Source: an uncultured Bacillota bacterium (GTDB lineage: Bacteria; Bacillota; Clostridia; Peptostreptococcales; Anaerovoracaceae). From it: a stretch of DNA of 40,495 nt. A program made the position numbers and the translations under genes. The stretch covers positions 1 through 40,495 of the forward strand of contig CAMOXP010000001.1 in the NCBI GenBank assembly GCA_946629205.1. Direction: 5' to 3'. How positions within the stretch are numbered: position 1 is the first letter of the stretch; the number at the start of each line of letters is the position of its first letter. The notes below the pieces were generated by a model. That model did no database searches. It was not told the DNA's origin and saw only the letters and a program-made list of their open reading frames with translations. Below, one piece after another: positions 1 through 8,171 of the stretch.

Positions 1-29
1 ATATTCGCTTAAATAACTCTGCTATTCTA

Positions 30-55
30 TTGAACTTCCGATTTGAACTTCCGAT
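30..55. repeat. Perfect 13-bp tandem duplication (TTGAACTTCCGAT x2)
   Basis: Read directly: 30-42 and 43-55 are identical. Confidence 0.9.
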
Positions 56-122
56 GCACCGAAATACCGACGCTCTATTTTTCGATTTAAGCGATTTTAA
101 ATACCCCTTTTAATATATATGT

Positions 123-485
123 CTAAAGATTTTCGGGTATGGTCAGGATCATTCCTGACTGTATGCTCCCATCCGGGATATCGTTCGCCTGACAGATCTC
201 ATATACAGCTTCTCTTGTATCTGTGTCATCGCTTTTGAAATGCTCTGCAATGTCCCAGACTGTGTCACCGGCTGTGACTTCTACAGTAACAGAATCCTTT
301 GGTATATCCAGCGCGATTGCTTCATCGGATCCGGTTATGAATCCAAATGCTCCGATTGCGATTCCCATCACGATCACTAAAAATGTGATGAATCTGAAAT
401 TTGACTTGATCCTGTATTTTCTGTGTGCCTTTCTGTGCGAGTTTCTGCGTGCTGCTCTGTGTGTATTTCTGCTTCTCGTACTCAT
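123..485 (-). CDS. yneA: LysM-domain membrane protein, YneA-like SOS cell-division suppressor
   Basis: Basic N-terminus, one TM helix (FITFLVIVMGIAIGAFGFI), C-terminal LysM (VTAGDTVWDIA...IQSGMILTIP). SD AAGGAGA at 494-500. LexA boxes upstream. Confidence 0.8.
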   Translation of the reverse strand: MSTRSRNTHRAARRNSHRKAHRKYRIKSNFRFITFLVIVMGIAIGAFGFITGSDEAIALDIPKDSVTVEVTAGDTVWDIAEHFKSDDTDTREAVYEICQANDIPDGSIQSGMILTIPENL

Positions 486-522
486 CTGTCTGTTCTCCTT
501 TCCTTCCCTTTTATATCTCCTT

Positions 523-534
523 GAACGTTTGTTC
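523..534. promoter_or_regulatory. LexA (SOS/Cheo) box 1, GAACGTTTGTTC
   Basis: Exact match to the Firmicutes consensus GAAC-N4-GTTC, between the yneA promoter and its SD. Confidence 0.85.
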
Positions 535-549
535 TTTTCTGTTTTCTAT

Positions 550-578
550 ACAATAGCAGAATATATGTTCGCTGTCAA
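550..578 (-). promoter_or_regulatory. Sigma-A promoter of yneA: TTGACA-N17-TATTGT with extended -10 TG
   Basis: Minus strand: -35 TTGACA (578-573), 17-nt spacer, TG (558-557), -10 TATTGT (555-550). Confidence 0.75.
559..570. promoter_or_regulatory. LexA box 2 (GAACATATATTC on minus strand), in the -35/-10 spacer
   Basis: One mismatch to GAAC-N4-GTTC, in a classic repressor position. Confidence 0.75.
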
Positions 579-588
579 CAGGAAATGC

Positions 589-600
589 GAACAAATATTC
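589..600. promoter_or_regulatory. LexA box 3, (C)GAACAAATATTC(G)
   Basis: One mismatch to CGAAC-N4-GTTCG, with flanking C/G conserved. Confidence 0.7.
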
Positions 601-666
601 GCGTTTTAGCTTATAATACATTAAGGTAGACGATAAGGAAGAATGTAACTGACCTGATAGAGAATA

Positions 667-1398
667 TTACAAGTTAAGGAGTTTGTCAGTGAGCTTATAG
701 GCTGTGTCGAGGATCTTCTTGCGGAAGATAACGCCGAGGATGAGGAGCACCAGGGCAACTGCTGCGATGATCGCAGCGCTGGTGTACCCCCCTGCTCCGA
801 CCTGCTGCCCAATGAAGAGACATCCCAGCATGCCCGGGATCCGGGCAACCATAGACACGATAAGATAGGGCCGGAGTTTCAGAGTTGATATACCTGCAGC
901 ATAGCTGCACAGGTCTTTCGGGACGCCCGGAATCAGGAAGATGACAAACGTTACAATCAGTCCTTTAGGGCTGTTCATCAGGTCCAGCATCTCAGTGACT
1001 TTGCGTTTGCCGAAGAAGAGATGGATCGCGTCCCGTCCCAGAAGCCGCGCAATATAATACGCCAGTGTAGATCCAATGCCGATGCCTATTATAGAGAGGA
1101 TAAGCCCAAGCAGGGCCCCGTACAGATAACCACCGGCAAACTGGAGGGCCTGTCCCGGGATCACACTCAGCACGACCTGAAAGATCTGGCATCCAACATA
1201 GATCAACATGCTTTCCTTTCGGTAGGACCGGAGCGTGTTTTCCAGTTCTTTGATGTCGGAAAACCGTTCAATCAGATCATGCTGAAAGAAATAGATATAC
1301 AAAGGCACCCCAACGAGGATCACTGCCAGAGCGATCAGTTTGACGATAGCCAGAACACGTCTGCGTTTATCCAGTTTTGAAGTGCCTTCCTGTGTCAT
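667..1398 (-). CDS. TVP38/TMEM64 (VTT/DedA superfamily) membrane protein
   Basis: Several hydrophobic segments with family-type motifs QVVLSVIPGQ...GGYLYG...G, YYIARLLG, FLIPGVPKD...YAAG, ARIPG. Confidence 0.85.
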   Translation of the reverse strand: MTQEGTSKLDKRRRVLAIVKLIALAVILVGVPLYIYFFQHDLIERFSDIKELENTLRSYRKESMLIYVGCQIFQVVLSVIPGQALQFAGGYLYGALLGLILSIIGIGIGSTLAYYIARLLGRDAIHLFFGKRKVTEMLDLMNSPKGLIVTFVIFLIPGVPKDLCSYAAGISTLKLRPYLIVSMVARIPGMLGCLFIGQQVGAGGYTSAAIIAAVALVLLILGVIFRKKILDTAYKLTDKLLNL

Positions 1399-1409
1399 AT
1401 TAATGATTT

Positions 1410-2687
1410 CTAAACGATTCCAAGAGCATCCAGGGCCTTGATGACGCCGAACTTCGAATGTTCATAGGTCAGGCCGCCCTGGAAATAAACGTTGTAGGGT
1501 TCTCGCATCGGCGCATCCGCAGAAAGCTCAATGGATGATCCCTGGACAAAAGCGCCTGCAGCCATGATGACCGGATCCTCATATCCGCCGGTTGGAATCG
1601 GCACTGGCGTCACATTGGAATCGATAGGCGCGGCCAGCTGGACGCCTTTGCAGAAGGCCGTGACCTTATCGGCTGTTCCCAGTCTGACGGCCTGGATGAT
1701 ATCACTTCTCTTGTCTGAAGATCCCGGACAGACTTCGTATCCAAGTTTCTCAAACACTTTCGCGCAGAGAATCGCGCCCTTTACAGCGCCGTTTACGGTC
1801 TTAGGAGCAATAAACAGCCCCTGGAGCATGGTTCTGGTCTGTCCGAATGTCAGACCGCATTCTCCTGCTGTTCCAGGCGTCGTCATACGGTAGCTGACCT
1901 GTTCGATAAGCTCCTCGCGTCCTGCGATGTATCCGCCTGTCAGAGCCAGGCCGCCGCCCGGATTCTTGATCAGGGATCCTGCCATAATGTCCGCGCCGAC
2001 ATCCGTAGGCTCTTTGACATGCAAAAACTCACCGTAGCAGTTGTCCACAAAACAGATAAGGTTCGGATCGATGCCATGGACGAAGGAAGCCCATTCCTCG
2101 ATCTGTTCGATCGTGATGGCTTTTCTCCAGCCGTATCCGGTAGAACGCTGCAGACAGACCATTCTCGTATCCGGCGTGATGGCTTTTGCCAGAGCATCAA
2201 AATCGATTTCGCCTTCAGGAGTAAGTTCCACCTGGTCATATGTGATGCCGAAATCCTTGAGAGTGCCTTTGCCGTTTCCGCGGATGCCGATGGTTTCTTC
2301 CAGCGTATCGTAAGGTCCGCCGGTGCTGTAGATCATCTTATCTCCGGGTCGTAGAACGCCTGTGAGGGCGAGACTGAGGGCGTGGGTACCGTTGACGATG
2401 ATCGGTCTGACAAGGGCGGCTTCCGTATGGAACACATCAGCGAACAATCGTTCTGTGGCATCTCTGCCCATATCATCATATCCGTAGCCTGTGTTCCAGG
2501 CAAAATGCCTGTCGCTGATTCCGTTCTTCTGGAATGCGTCGAGCACCTTGTACTGGTTGTAGGTCATAATGTCATCCAGCTCATCGAAAAGCGGACGGAT
2601 TTCCTGCTCACAAGTGTCTACAAGGTCCAGAATCTGCTCTGAAATACCGAATTCTTGATTCAATAAAGAATAAGTATTATTTTTCAT
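1410..2687 (-). CDS. ynbB: YnbB-family PLP enzyme (methionine gamma-lyase-like, 'aluminium resistance' family)
   Basis: TGYGYDDMGRD, VNGTHA, QRSTGY, VDNCYGEF, PLP lysine in AGSLIKNPGGG, FVQGSSIELSADAP. Confidence 0.9.
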   Translation of the reverse strand: MKNNTYSLLNQEFGISEQILDLVDTCEQEIRPLFDELDDIMTYNQYKVLDAFQKNGISDRHFAWNTGYGYDDMGRDATERLFADVFHTEAALVRPIIVNGTHALSLALTGVLRPGDKMIYSTGGPYDTLEETIGIRGNGKGTLKDFGITYDQVELTPEGEIDFDALAKAITPDTRMVCLQRSTGYGWRKAITIEQIEEWASFVHGIDPNLICFVDNCYGEFLHVKEPTDVGADIMAGSLIKNPGGGLALTGGYIAGREELIEQVSYRMTTPGTAGECGLTFGQTRTMLQGLFIAPKTVNGAVKGAILCAKVFEKLGYEVCPGSSDKRSDIIQAVRLGTADKVTAFCKGVQLAAPIDSNVTPVPIPTGGYEDPVIMAAGAFVQGSSIELSADAPMREPYNVYFQGGLTYEHSKFGVIKALDALGIV

Positions 2688-4251
2688 AGAAATCTCCTAT
2701 TGCCTGCGTTGTAAAGGTGTTGTAGTTAAAGAACATCATGATCGGCCATTCTTTTCTCGATGTCGTCGGGTGTTTCATCAGGAAACGATCAAAACTCTTC
2801 TGCCTCATTTCAGTGAGATTTGAGAGTCGCGCTGTCTCGACCTTTCCCAGCTTGACCTGCCACTTAAGAACCGGAAATCCTCCCGGCCCATAGAAACCCT
2901 GTGTGTTCTCCACATAAAAAGGTCCCAGTTTGGAGGCGCCGTTGATGAGCGTCGCCTGTGCGATCTTTTCTGTTCCTTCTCTGTAGTTTACGGCTTTGCC
3001 GGAAAAGTCGCTCCCGACGCCCTTGACTCTTGATGTACTCAGGTAATAATTGTTTTTGATAAACGGTTCTTCGCTGTTTTTTGATTCGTTCAGGTAACTG
3101 CCGATCACGCCGCCGGAAATGTCGGAATTGTTGATGGATCCGGCGTTGTAGCAATCGGATATCTTCACTCCTTTAACGCCGACGATCCCGACAACGCCTC
3201 CCGCATATCCGCGGATGTTGTCCGTGTTGATCACAGCGTTGTTGTGAACAGTGATGTGCCCGGTGTTGTAACTGCTGGTGACTTCAGAACCGCTGGCGTT
3301 CATATATCCGACGATTCCTCCTGTGCCTTCTGTCCCCGAGAAAATATTTCCGGCGTTGAAGCATCTGTCAATCACTGAGTACTCACTGACTGATCTGCCG
3401 GCCACACCGCCGGTCCCGTAGGTCGTGGCACCGCGGACGGTAGAGCGGACTTCCCCTCGATTACCGCATTTCTTTATTGTTCCCCAGTTTTCGCCGACCA
3501 CACCGCCGACTTTCAAAGTGCCTTTGACATTACCGTAATTCATGCTGCCGGAAATAGTACCGCCGTCATTGAATCCGGCGATTCCGCCGGTTTTGGCTTT
3601 GCCTGAAACATCAGCCCCCGACGCGCAGTTCCAGATGATGCCGTTTTTTGAAACATAACCTGCCAGACTGCCGCATACCGGGCCGCTTGATTTCACCGTT
3701 CCTTCGACCGTGAGGTCTCGGACTGTGCCGTCCAGGTAGCCAAAAAGACCTGCATAGCCGCCGTTTTCTTTAATGGTAAGACCTTTGATCGTATGACCTG
3801 CGCCATCGAAGATACCACGGAAAGCGATTTCTTCGCTTCGTCCAATCGGCGTAAAGTCCTCTTTCAGTGTGATACTGCGTCCGAGCCTGATGGTCACGCC
3901 TTTGAAATCTTCATACTGATTGGCTGCGTATCCATCGAAATGTCCTTCGTTCACCAGATTGGCAAGCCCCTGCAGCTGGGATGCTGTCGTAATTGTGTAG
4001 ATTCTCTGTCCAGGATGATCGATGAACCAGGAAGTACTGAACGCATCGAAAAACGCAGCGTTTTCATCATCCTCAGTATTCGCTGCATTATCGCCATTGA
4101 CTTCAACATATCTGCCATCATCATCTATATAATAGTACGTGTAGTCATCATCATTGTCTGTATTATTGCCGATTTCCGCAAACACCGGCGATACACTGCC
4201 GAGCGCAAACAAAGCTGCAAGCAGCACCGGCAAGATATTTACTTTGCGCAT
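2677..4251 (-). CDS. Secreted GLUG-repeat (probable beta-helix) protein, 524 aa
   Basis: Start moved to ATG 4251 (SD AAGGAGAG at 4261-4268). Signal peptide MRKVNILPVLLAALFALGSVSPVFA; FxGxFDGxGHTIxGL motif; about 8 GGxxG/GLFG repeats with C-x-N-x-G spacers. Confidence 0.75.
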   Translation of the reverse strand: MRKVNILPVLLAALFALGSVSPVFAEIGNNTDNDDDYTYYYIDDDGRYVEVNGDNAANTEDDENAAFFDAFSTSWFIDHPGQRIYTITTASQLQGLANLVNEGHFDGYAANQYEDFKGVTIRLGRSITLKEDFTPIGRSEEIAFRGIFDGAGHTIKGLTIKENGGYAGLFGYLDGTVRDLTVEGTVKSSGPVCGSLAGYVSKNGIIWNCASGADVSGKAKTGGIAGFNDGGTISGSMNYGNVKGTLKVGGVVGENWGTIKKCGNRGEVRSTVRGATTYGTGGVAGRSVSEYSVIDRCFNAGNIFSGTEGTGGIVGYMNASGSEVTSSYNTGHITVHNNAVINTDNIRGYAGGVVGIVGVKGVKISDCYNAGSINNSDISGGVIGSYLNESKNSEEPFIKNNYYLSTSRVKGVGSDFSGKAVNYREGTEKIAQATLINGASKLGPFYVENTQGFYGPGGFPVLKWQVKLGKVETARLSNLTEMRQKSFDRFLMKHPTTSRKEWPIMMFFNYNTFTTQAIGDFYEK

Positions 4252-4253
4252 AA

Positions 4254-5399
4254 TCAATCTCTCTCCTTCCGTTCTAGCTCCCATTCCATGTCTTTCACTA
4301 AATCCCTTTTTACATTTTTCTTATGATTCGCGTACAGCTGCGTTGTCGTCACCTGCTCATGATCCAGCAGCGCCTGTACGTCAAATATCGAATTTCCTCT
4401 GCCTATCAAACTCGTTGCGGCAGTTGCCCTCAGTTTGTGAGGGCTGTAACCGGCCTTTCTGGAAGTGGAAAGCCCGATGGAAGTATATTTCTTGACAAGA
4501 TCTCTGATCGCGCGTTCTGTCATGCGTTTGCCCTGCAGCGACAGGAAGAGCGCGTCTTCGTGCCCGGCCGCGATACGTTCATCATCGACTCTTTCGTTTT
4601 CGAGATAATCCGTGATGACATCGGTGACAGAACGGTTCAGCGGCATAATTGCTTCTTTGTCTCTCTTTCGGTAGATCTTGAATTCGCCTCTGCTGAAATT
4701 GAATGACGAAACATTCAGCTGCTGCAGTTCAAAGAGCCTCAGGCCATAGGTTATGAAGAGTATCAGAATGGCTTTGTCTCTCCTCTTTGTCTTCTCCCAG
4801 TACTGGTGCTCCTTCGGCGTCAGATTGGATCCTGTCGTCACAGCATCCAGCATGATCATGACCTCGTCATCCTGCAGGGCTTTGATTTCCCGTTCACTCG
4901 GCTTCGGCACACGGATCGGATCAAATGCGTCCGTGATATTCTTTTCAATCAGCCCGTCCCGGTAGAGCTGTTTGAACAGAACGGAGACAGAGGATTTCTT
5001 TCTCGCCAGCGTCTTGTTCGTATTCTCATAGAGAATGATTTCATTCTCTTTTTCCACCTGGTAGCTGCGGCAGTAGTCGATGAACATATTGACGTCGACC
5101 GCCCTGATTTCGTTGAATTCTTTGATGGTGATATCCCGGATGGTATCAGCCTGCGTCAGACCTGTCTGCTCGATCAGATACTGACAAAAGAACCGGATGT
5201 CTGTCAGATACGCCAGTCTGGTCTTGGGAAGCACGTTCCCTTTAAGATAAGCAAAGAACCCCCTCATAAAGGTCGGGAGCTCTTTCTCTATATTCACGCA
5301 TTTGTTTACTGTTTCGTGCTCTTTGAGAACGATATTGTCAGGCTTCTCGCTTCTGTTATGCAGCCGCACTGTCTTATTTACAGTCTTTTCTCCAGCCAA
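4254..5399 (-). CDS. Tyrosine recombinase, XerC/XerS-like
   Basis: Catalytic residues intact: R (YGLR), HxxR (SPHKLR), H (LLDH), Y (TTQLY). SAM-like N-domain (TRLAYLTDIRFF). TTG start with AAAAGGGG upstream; overlaps the miaA 3' end by 22 nt. Confidence 0.9.
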   Translation of the reverse strand: MAGEKTVNKTVRLHNRSEKPDNIVLKEHETVNKCVNIEKELPTFMRGFFAYLKGNVLPKTRLAYLTDIRFFCQYLIEQTGLTQADTIRDITIKEFNEIRAVDVNMFIDYCRSYQVEKENEIILYENTNKTLARKKSSVSVLFKQLYRDGLIEKNITDAFDPIRVPKPSEREIKALQDDEVMIMLDAVTTGSNLTPKEHQYWEKTKRRDKAILILFITYGLRLFELQQLNVSSFNFSRGEFKIYRKRDKEAIMPLNRSVTDVITDYLENERVDDERIAAGHEDALFLSLQGKRMTERAIRDLVKKYTSIGLSTSRKAGYSPHKLRATAATSLIGRGNSIFDVQALLDHEQVTTTQLYANHKKNVKRDLVKDMEWELERKERD

Positions 5400-6313
5400 T
5401 TGATAAAACCCCTTTTCGCTTCTTCATCATTTAAGTATTCCGATAAATCGAACATGTTGATTGTAGCATATCTGCGGAACCATGTTAACTGTCTTTTTGC
5501 ATAATGTCTAGTGTTTTTTTTGATTTTTTGAACCGCGTCCTCCAATGTAGTTTCACCATCCAGATATTCGATGATTTCCTTGTAGCCGATTCCTTTCATA
5601 GAGATGTCTTCGGCGGTCAGTCCCATCGCCGTAAGAGACCTCACTTCGTCCACGAGGCCGCGTTCGATCAGCAAATCGACTCTTCTGTCGATCCTTTCAT
5701 ACAGTTCCGCCCTGTCCCGCGTAAGGCATACCAGCAAAGGCTCATAGGCATTATTCTCCGCCACGCCCCGGTCGAACGGGCGGACCTTCCCTTCCCCGGC
5801 CTGCAGCCGCTCGATCGCACGGATGACTTTTTTGATATTGTTCGGATGGATCCTGTCCGCTGCTTCCGGATCCAGATCACGAAGGATATCATGAACAGCC
5901 TGCGAACCTTCAAGTTCTGCTTTTGCAGCAAGTTCTTCCCGGAGAGCTTCGTCTCCTCCTGCAGATGCAAAATCCATATCGTACAGGATGGAATTCAGGT
6001 AAAGACCGGTTCCTCCTGAAATTATCGGAAGTCTTCCCCGCGCCATAATATCATCGATGGCTTCTCTGGCGAGGACCTGATAACGCGCCACCGAAAAGTC
6101 CTCCCTGGGATCCAAAAAGTCGATCAGATGATGAACAGCCTCCTCCCTCTCCTGCCGGGTAGGCTTGGCGCTTCCGATGTCCATATATCGATAAAGCTGC
6201 ATGGAATCACAGGAGACGATTTCTCCGTTGAATGCCTTTGCAGCCTCGATCGCGTATTCAGTTTTCCCGACAGCCGTCGGACCGGCTACCACAAGAATGC
6301 GTTTCTCTTTCAT
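5378..6313 (-). CDS. miaA: tRNA dimethylallyltransferase
   Basis: GPTAVGKT, DSMQLYRYMDIGSAKP, GGTGLY, TRHYAKRQLTWF. Confidence 0.97.
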   Translation of the reverse strand: MKEKRILVVAGPTAVGKTEYAIEAAKAFNGEIVSCDSMQLYRYMDIGSAKPTRQEREEAVHHLIDFLDPREDFSVARYQVLAREAIDDIMARGRLPIISGGTGLYLNSILYDMDFASAGGDEALREELAAKAELEGSQAVHDILRDLDPEAADRIHPNNIKKVIRAIERLQAGEGKVRPFDRGVAENNAYEPLLVCLTRDRAELYERIDRRVDLLIERGLVDEVRSLTAMGLTAEDISMKGIGYKEIIEYLDGETTLEDAVQKIKKNTRHYAKRQLTWFRRYATINMFDLSEYLNDEEAKRGFINWLEKRL

Positions 6314-6322
6314 TTTGGGCGG

Positions 6323-8146
6323 TCACGCACGCTTGAACATGCGCTCCAGTTCGTATCTGGTCATTTTGATAAAGGTTGGTCTGCCGTGGGGGCAGGAAAA
6401 CGGATTGCTGCAGGCGCTGAGCTGTGTCATAAGCGCTTCTATTTCTGCCGCATCCAGCGTATCTCCGCCCTTGACGGCGGACTTGCAGGATCTTGTGATG
6501 ATCTTATCGAGGGTTCTGTGATCAGTCAGATCAGGTCTGTCACGGAATGCTCCGAACAGATCGCCCAGAAATGCTTCTGCCTCGCTCATTTCCATGAACG
6601 CGGGTATCTCCCGAACGATATATGTATTGTTTCCAAAGAACTCAATATCATAGCCCATGGCGCGGACCTGTCCGATCCAGCTGTTCTCGGACTCGGCAAC
6701 TTCTGAAGCCACGCTGAAAGAAAGCGGAACCAGCATCTGCTGGGAGACCTTCTCCTCGGCTTCAAACTGCCGCATCAGTTTCTCGTAGAACACCCTCTCG
6801 TGGGCGGCGTGCTGATCGATCATATAGAAACAATCCTCATCCTGTGCCAGAATATAGGTGTTGAAAACAGCGCCGATAATCGTCAAATCCTCAAAGTCAA
6901 AGGGCTTGTTTACTTCTTCGGGCACAGGATCCGGCGTTTGCTGCTTTCTGACCTCGGCATTCTGTGATTCGCGCATGGAACCCAGTACGGTCCTGATGTC
7001 GATGCGTTCCTGCTCACCCTGTTCCTGCTTACTGCGGGCAGGCGTTTCATAACGAAACGGCTCCTCGCCCAGAAAAGCCGGATATGGATCGGCTGCGCTC
7101 CGCGGCGGATTTGCCGGTTCCTCCTGACGGGACGCGACCGTTGCAGAAACATCCGGAACAGCCTGTTCTCCCTTTAGAGCATATGCAATGGCGTCTGCCA
7201 CGAAGTCCTCCACTTCGCTGTTGTCATCGAACCGGATTTCTTTCTTGGTTGGATGGATATTGACATCCAGTTTTTCCGGCGGCATGGACAGAAACAGGAA
7301 CGCGATGGGAAATCTCCCCTTGAACATCCGCTCCGCGTAAGCTTTGTCCAGAGCGTGCTCCAATACGGAACTTGCGATGATCCGTCCGTTGACGCAGAAG
7401 ATCTGCCGGCTTCTTGACGGAAGCGTTCTGTCGGGAGAAGACACAAATGCCTTCAGGGTGAACCCGCCAGCTGAAGCGGAGACCGGAATCAGGCCCTCCC
7501 CGATGTCTTTGCCGTAGATACTGATGATATTGGCGAGGATATTGCATTTGCCTGAAGTCGTAAACACCCTGTTTTTGCCGTTGATCATGCTGAAGCGGAC
7601 GTCAGGATAAGACAATGCGATTCGTGATACGAAGTCGATGATTTTACGGGATTCGGACGCGTCGGACGCCAGAAACTTATATCTTGCGGGCACGTTGAAA
7701 AACAGATCCCGCACAGTGACAGTCGTGCCCTCAGGACAGCCGACTGCTGTATTCTCCAGCACCTCGGATGCTTCGACGACGACCCTGCGGCCGGATTTCG
7801 AATCTGCAGTCTTGGTGATGAGCTCGGTTCTGGATACAGCGCAGATGCTGGCAAGAGCTTCGCCCCGGAAGCCGAGCGTTCCGATGCAGTCCAGATCCCT
7901 GACATCCGAGATCTTGCTTGTGGCGTGGCGGCGGAATGCTGTCTCCACGTCCGCCTCTTCGATGCCGAAGCCGTTGTCGGTGACCCTGATATAGGTCCTG
8001 CCGCCGTCCCTGATCTCAACGGTCACGGAAGTCGCCTCTGCGTCCAGAGCGTTTTCTACCAGTTCCTTGACAATCGAAACAGGCCGGTCAATGACTTCAC
8101 CGGCTGCGATCTTATCGGCAATATGTTTTTCTAAAATCTTTATCAT
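6323..8146 (-). CDS. mutL: DNA mismatch repair endonuclease MutL
   Basis: IAAGEVIDRP, GFRGEALASI, DVNIHPTK; endonuclease motifs DQHAAHER, SCK, CPHGRP; clamp-type motif QQMLVP. Confidence 0.97.
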   Translation of the reverse strand: MIKILEKHIADKIAAGEVIDRPVSIVKELVENALDAEATSVTVEIRDGGRTYIRVTDNGFGIEEADVETAFRRHATSKISDVRDLDCIGTLGFRGEALASICAVSRTELITKTADSKSGRRVVVEASEVLENTAVGCPEGTTVTVRDLFFNVPARYKFLASDASESRKIIDFVSRIALSYPDVRFSMINGKNRVFTTSGKCNILANIISIYGKDIGEGLIPVSASAGGFTLKAFVSSPDRTLPSRSRQIFCVNGRIIASSVLEHALDKAYAERMFKGRFPIAFLFLSMPPEKLDVNIHPTKKEIRFDDNSEVEDFVADAIAYALKGEQAVPDVSATVASRQEEPANPPRSAADPYPAFLGEEPFRYETPARSKQEQGEQERIDIRTVLGSMRESQNAEVRKQQTPDPVPEEVNKPFDFEDLTIIGAVFNTYILAQDEDCFYMIDQHAAHERVFYEKLMRQFEAEEKVSQQMLVPLSFSVASEVAESENSWIGQVRAMGYDIEFFGNNTYIVREIPAFMEMSEAEAFLGDLFGAFRDRPDLTDHRTLDKIITRSCKSAVKGGDTLDAAEIEALMTQLSACSNPFSCPHGRPTFIKMTRYELERMFKRA

Positions 8147-8171
8147 CAGGCTCTCCCCTGCCCCTTATAGT

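Noticed and set aside
223-609. 128-aa plus-strand hydrophobic ORF
   Set aside because: Antisense to yneA and running through its promoter and SOS boxes; no recognisable domain.
4243-4270. TTTGCGCATAA at the recombinase/GLUG junction resembles the XerC arm of E. coli dif
   Set aside because: No TTA-type second arm after 6 bp; the sequence is explained by the start codon, stop codon and SD.
2677-5399. Recombinase plus surface protein as a prophage, ICE or integron
   Set aside because: No att direct repeats, attC hairpins, tRNA target, excisionase or transfer genes seen; genes overlap core neighbours on both sides.
5493-5520. GCATAATGTCTA resembles the left half of dif, just upstream of the recombinase
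   Set aside because: It encodes the conserved MiaA motif TRHYAK, and the right arm is absent.
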